Assembly (NCBI GenBank): GCA_030668825.1
Contig: DAOVET010000054.1
Coordinates: 1 to 16,024, forward strand
Length of the DNA: 16,024 nt
Direction: 5' to 3'
Source of the DNA: Candidatus Heimdallarchaeota archaeon
GTDB taxonomy: Archaea > Asgardarchaeota > Heimdallarchaeia > Heimdallarchaeales > Heimdallarchaeaceae
Part shown: positions 15,352 through 16,024 of the stretch, in pieces
Layout of the letters: each line of letters starts with the position of its first letter
How positions within the stretch are numbered: the first letter of the stretch is position 1
Notes under the pieces: generated by a model
Database searches by the model: none
Told to the model about the DNA's origin: nothing
Seen by the model: the letters and a program-made list of their open reading frames with translations, nothing else
Position numbers and translations under genes: made by a program

Positions 15352-16023
15352 TTAATCTTTTTCTTCATCAGCTTTTTCTTCATCAGGTTCTTCTTCTGAA
15401 TCATTATCATCTTCTTTGTTCTTCAGATTTACAGCTGCTTTAACATAAACTAAATCTGCCAAATAAGCTTTTAAAGGAACAACAATTAACCCCATGACTG
15501 TTACAATTCCTCCTATTACTGAAAGAGTCCAACCAATAGCTCCCCCCAACAGGAAAACTGGGGCTAACATTAAAGCTAGTAAGGCAAATACTAGTACTCC
15601 TAGAGAATAATTCATGATTACTATGCTCAATCTAACTGGTCTCTTTATTTCAAATGCTCTGTAAAGCCATCTTGAGCTAATAAAGTATAAACCAAACATA
15701 GGAGCTGAAAAAACAAAAATACTTCCAATTATACCCATAATTACTGCAAAAGTCTCTGACTTAAAAGTAGTTAATCCTATTGCAACAACACCTACACCAA
15801 ATGCAATTAGAATTAAAGCGATTCCAAAAGCTTCAAGAGTAGCAGCTAAAGCACTTGAACTGGGAATAGATCCTTCAAGAAAACCTATAAACTTGACTTT
15901 TTTGTATTTATACTCTAATTTTTCAGGTTCATAAGTTGGTTCAATTTCAGTGAACTGAATTGCTCTTTGAGCGGGAGGGAATGGTCTAGGATAAGCAGCT
16001 GTGCTTGGTTGCTGAGCTGACAA
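15352..16023 (-). CDS. Multi-pass membrane protein, 5'-truncated by the window edge
   Basis: Open to the window end; Pro-rich linker, about 4 TM helices, acidic C-terminal tail. Confidence 0.75.
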   Translation of the reverse strand: MSAQQPSTAAYPRPFPPAQRAIQFTEIEPTYEPEKLEYKYKKVKFIGFLEGSIPSSSALAATLEAFGIALILIAFGVGVVAIGLTTFKSETFAVIMGIIGSIFVFSAPMFGLYFISSRWLYRAFEIKRPVRLSIVIMNYSLGVLVFALLALMLAPVFLLGGAIGWTLSVIGGIVTVMGLIVVPLKAYLADLVYVKAAVNLKNKEDDNDSEEEPDEEKADEEKD

Positions 16024-16024
16024 A

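Overview
AT-rich archaeal chromosomal window (TATA boxes about 23-26 nt before start codons; a secreted protein with a C-terminal TM helix plus basic tail suggests an Asgard/Heimdallarchaeia-like host, by inference). It holds ordinary metabolic and housekeeping genes: SAM methyltransferase, ogt, Lrp/AsnC, DRG-like GTPase, beta-CASP/RNase J-like nuclease, SDR, ferredoxin, PaaI thioesterase, GNAT and a nucleotidyltransferase. It also has several unannotated gene remnants joined by apparent deletions and two convergent solo tnpB elements (rearranged-RuvC type, no tnpA). The main find is a 233-bp protein-free insertion (9620-9852) that splits a DUF6713-like gene. It contains a gapless 67-nt homologue of the omegaRNA scaffold at the 3' end of both tnpB genes, with multiple compensatory base changes and a conserved terminal pseudoknot. 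It also has its own TATA box, an extra 5' RNA domain and TTTAT|...TCAT| junctions. This looks like a stand-alone mobile guide-RNA cassette that could load TnpB in trans and target the uninterrupted allele. All alignments and counts were done by hand; no searches were run.
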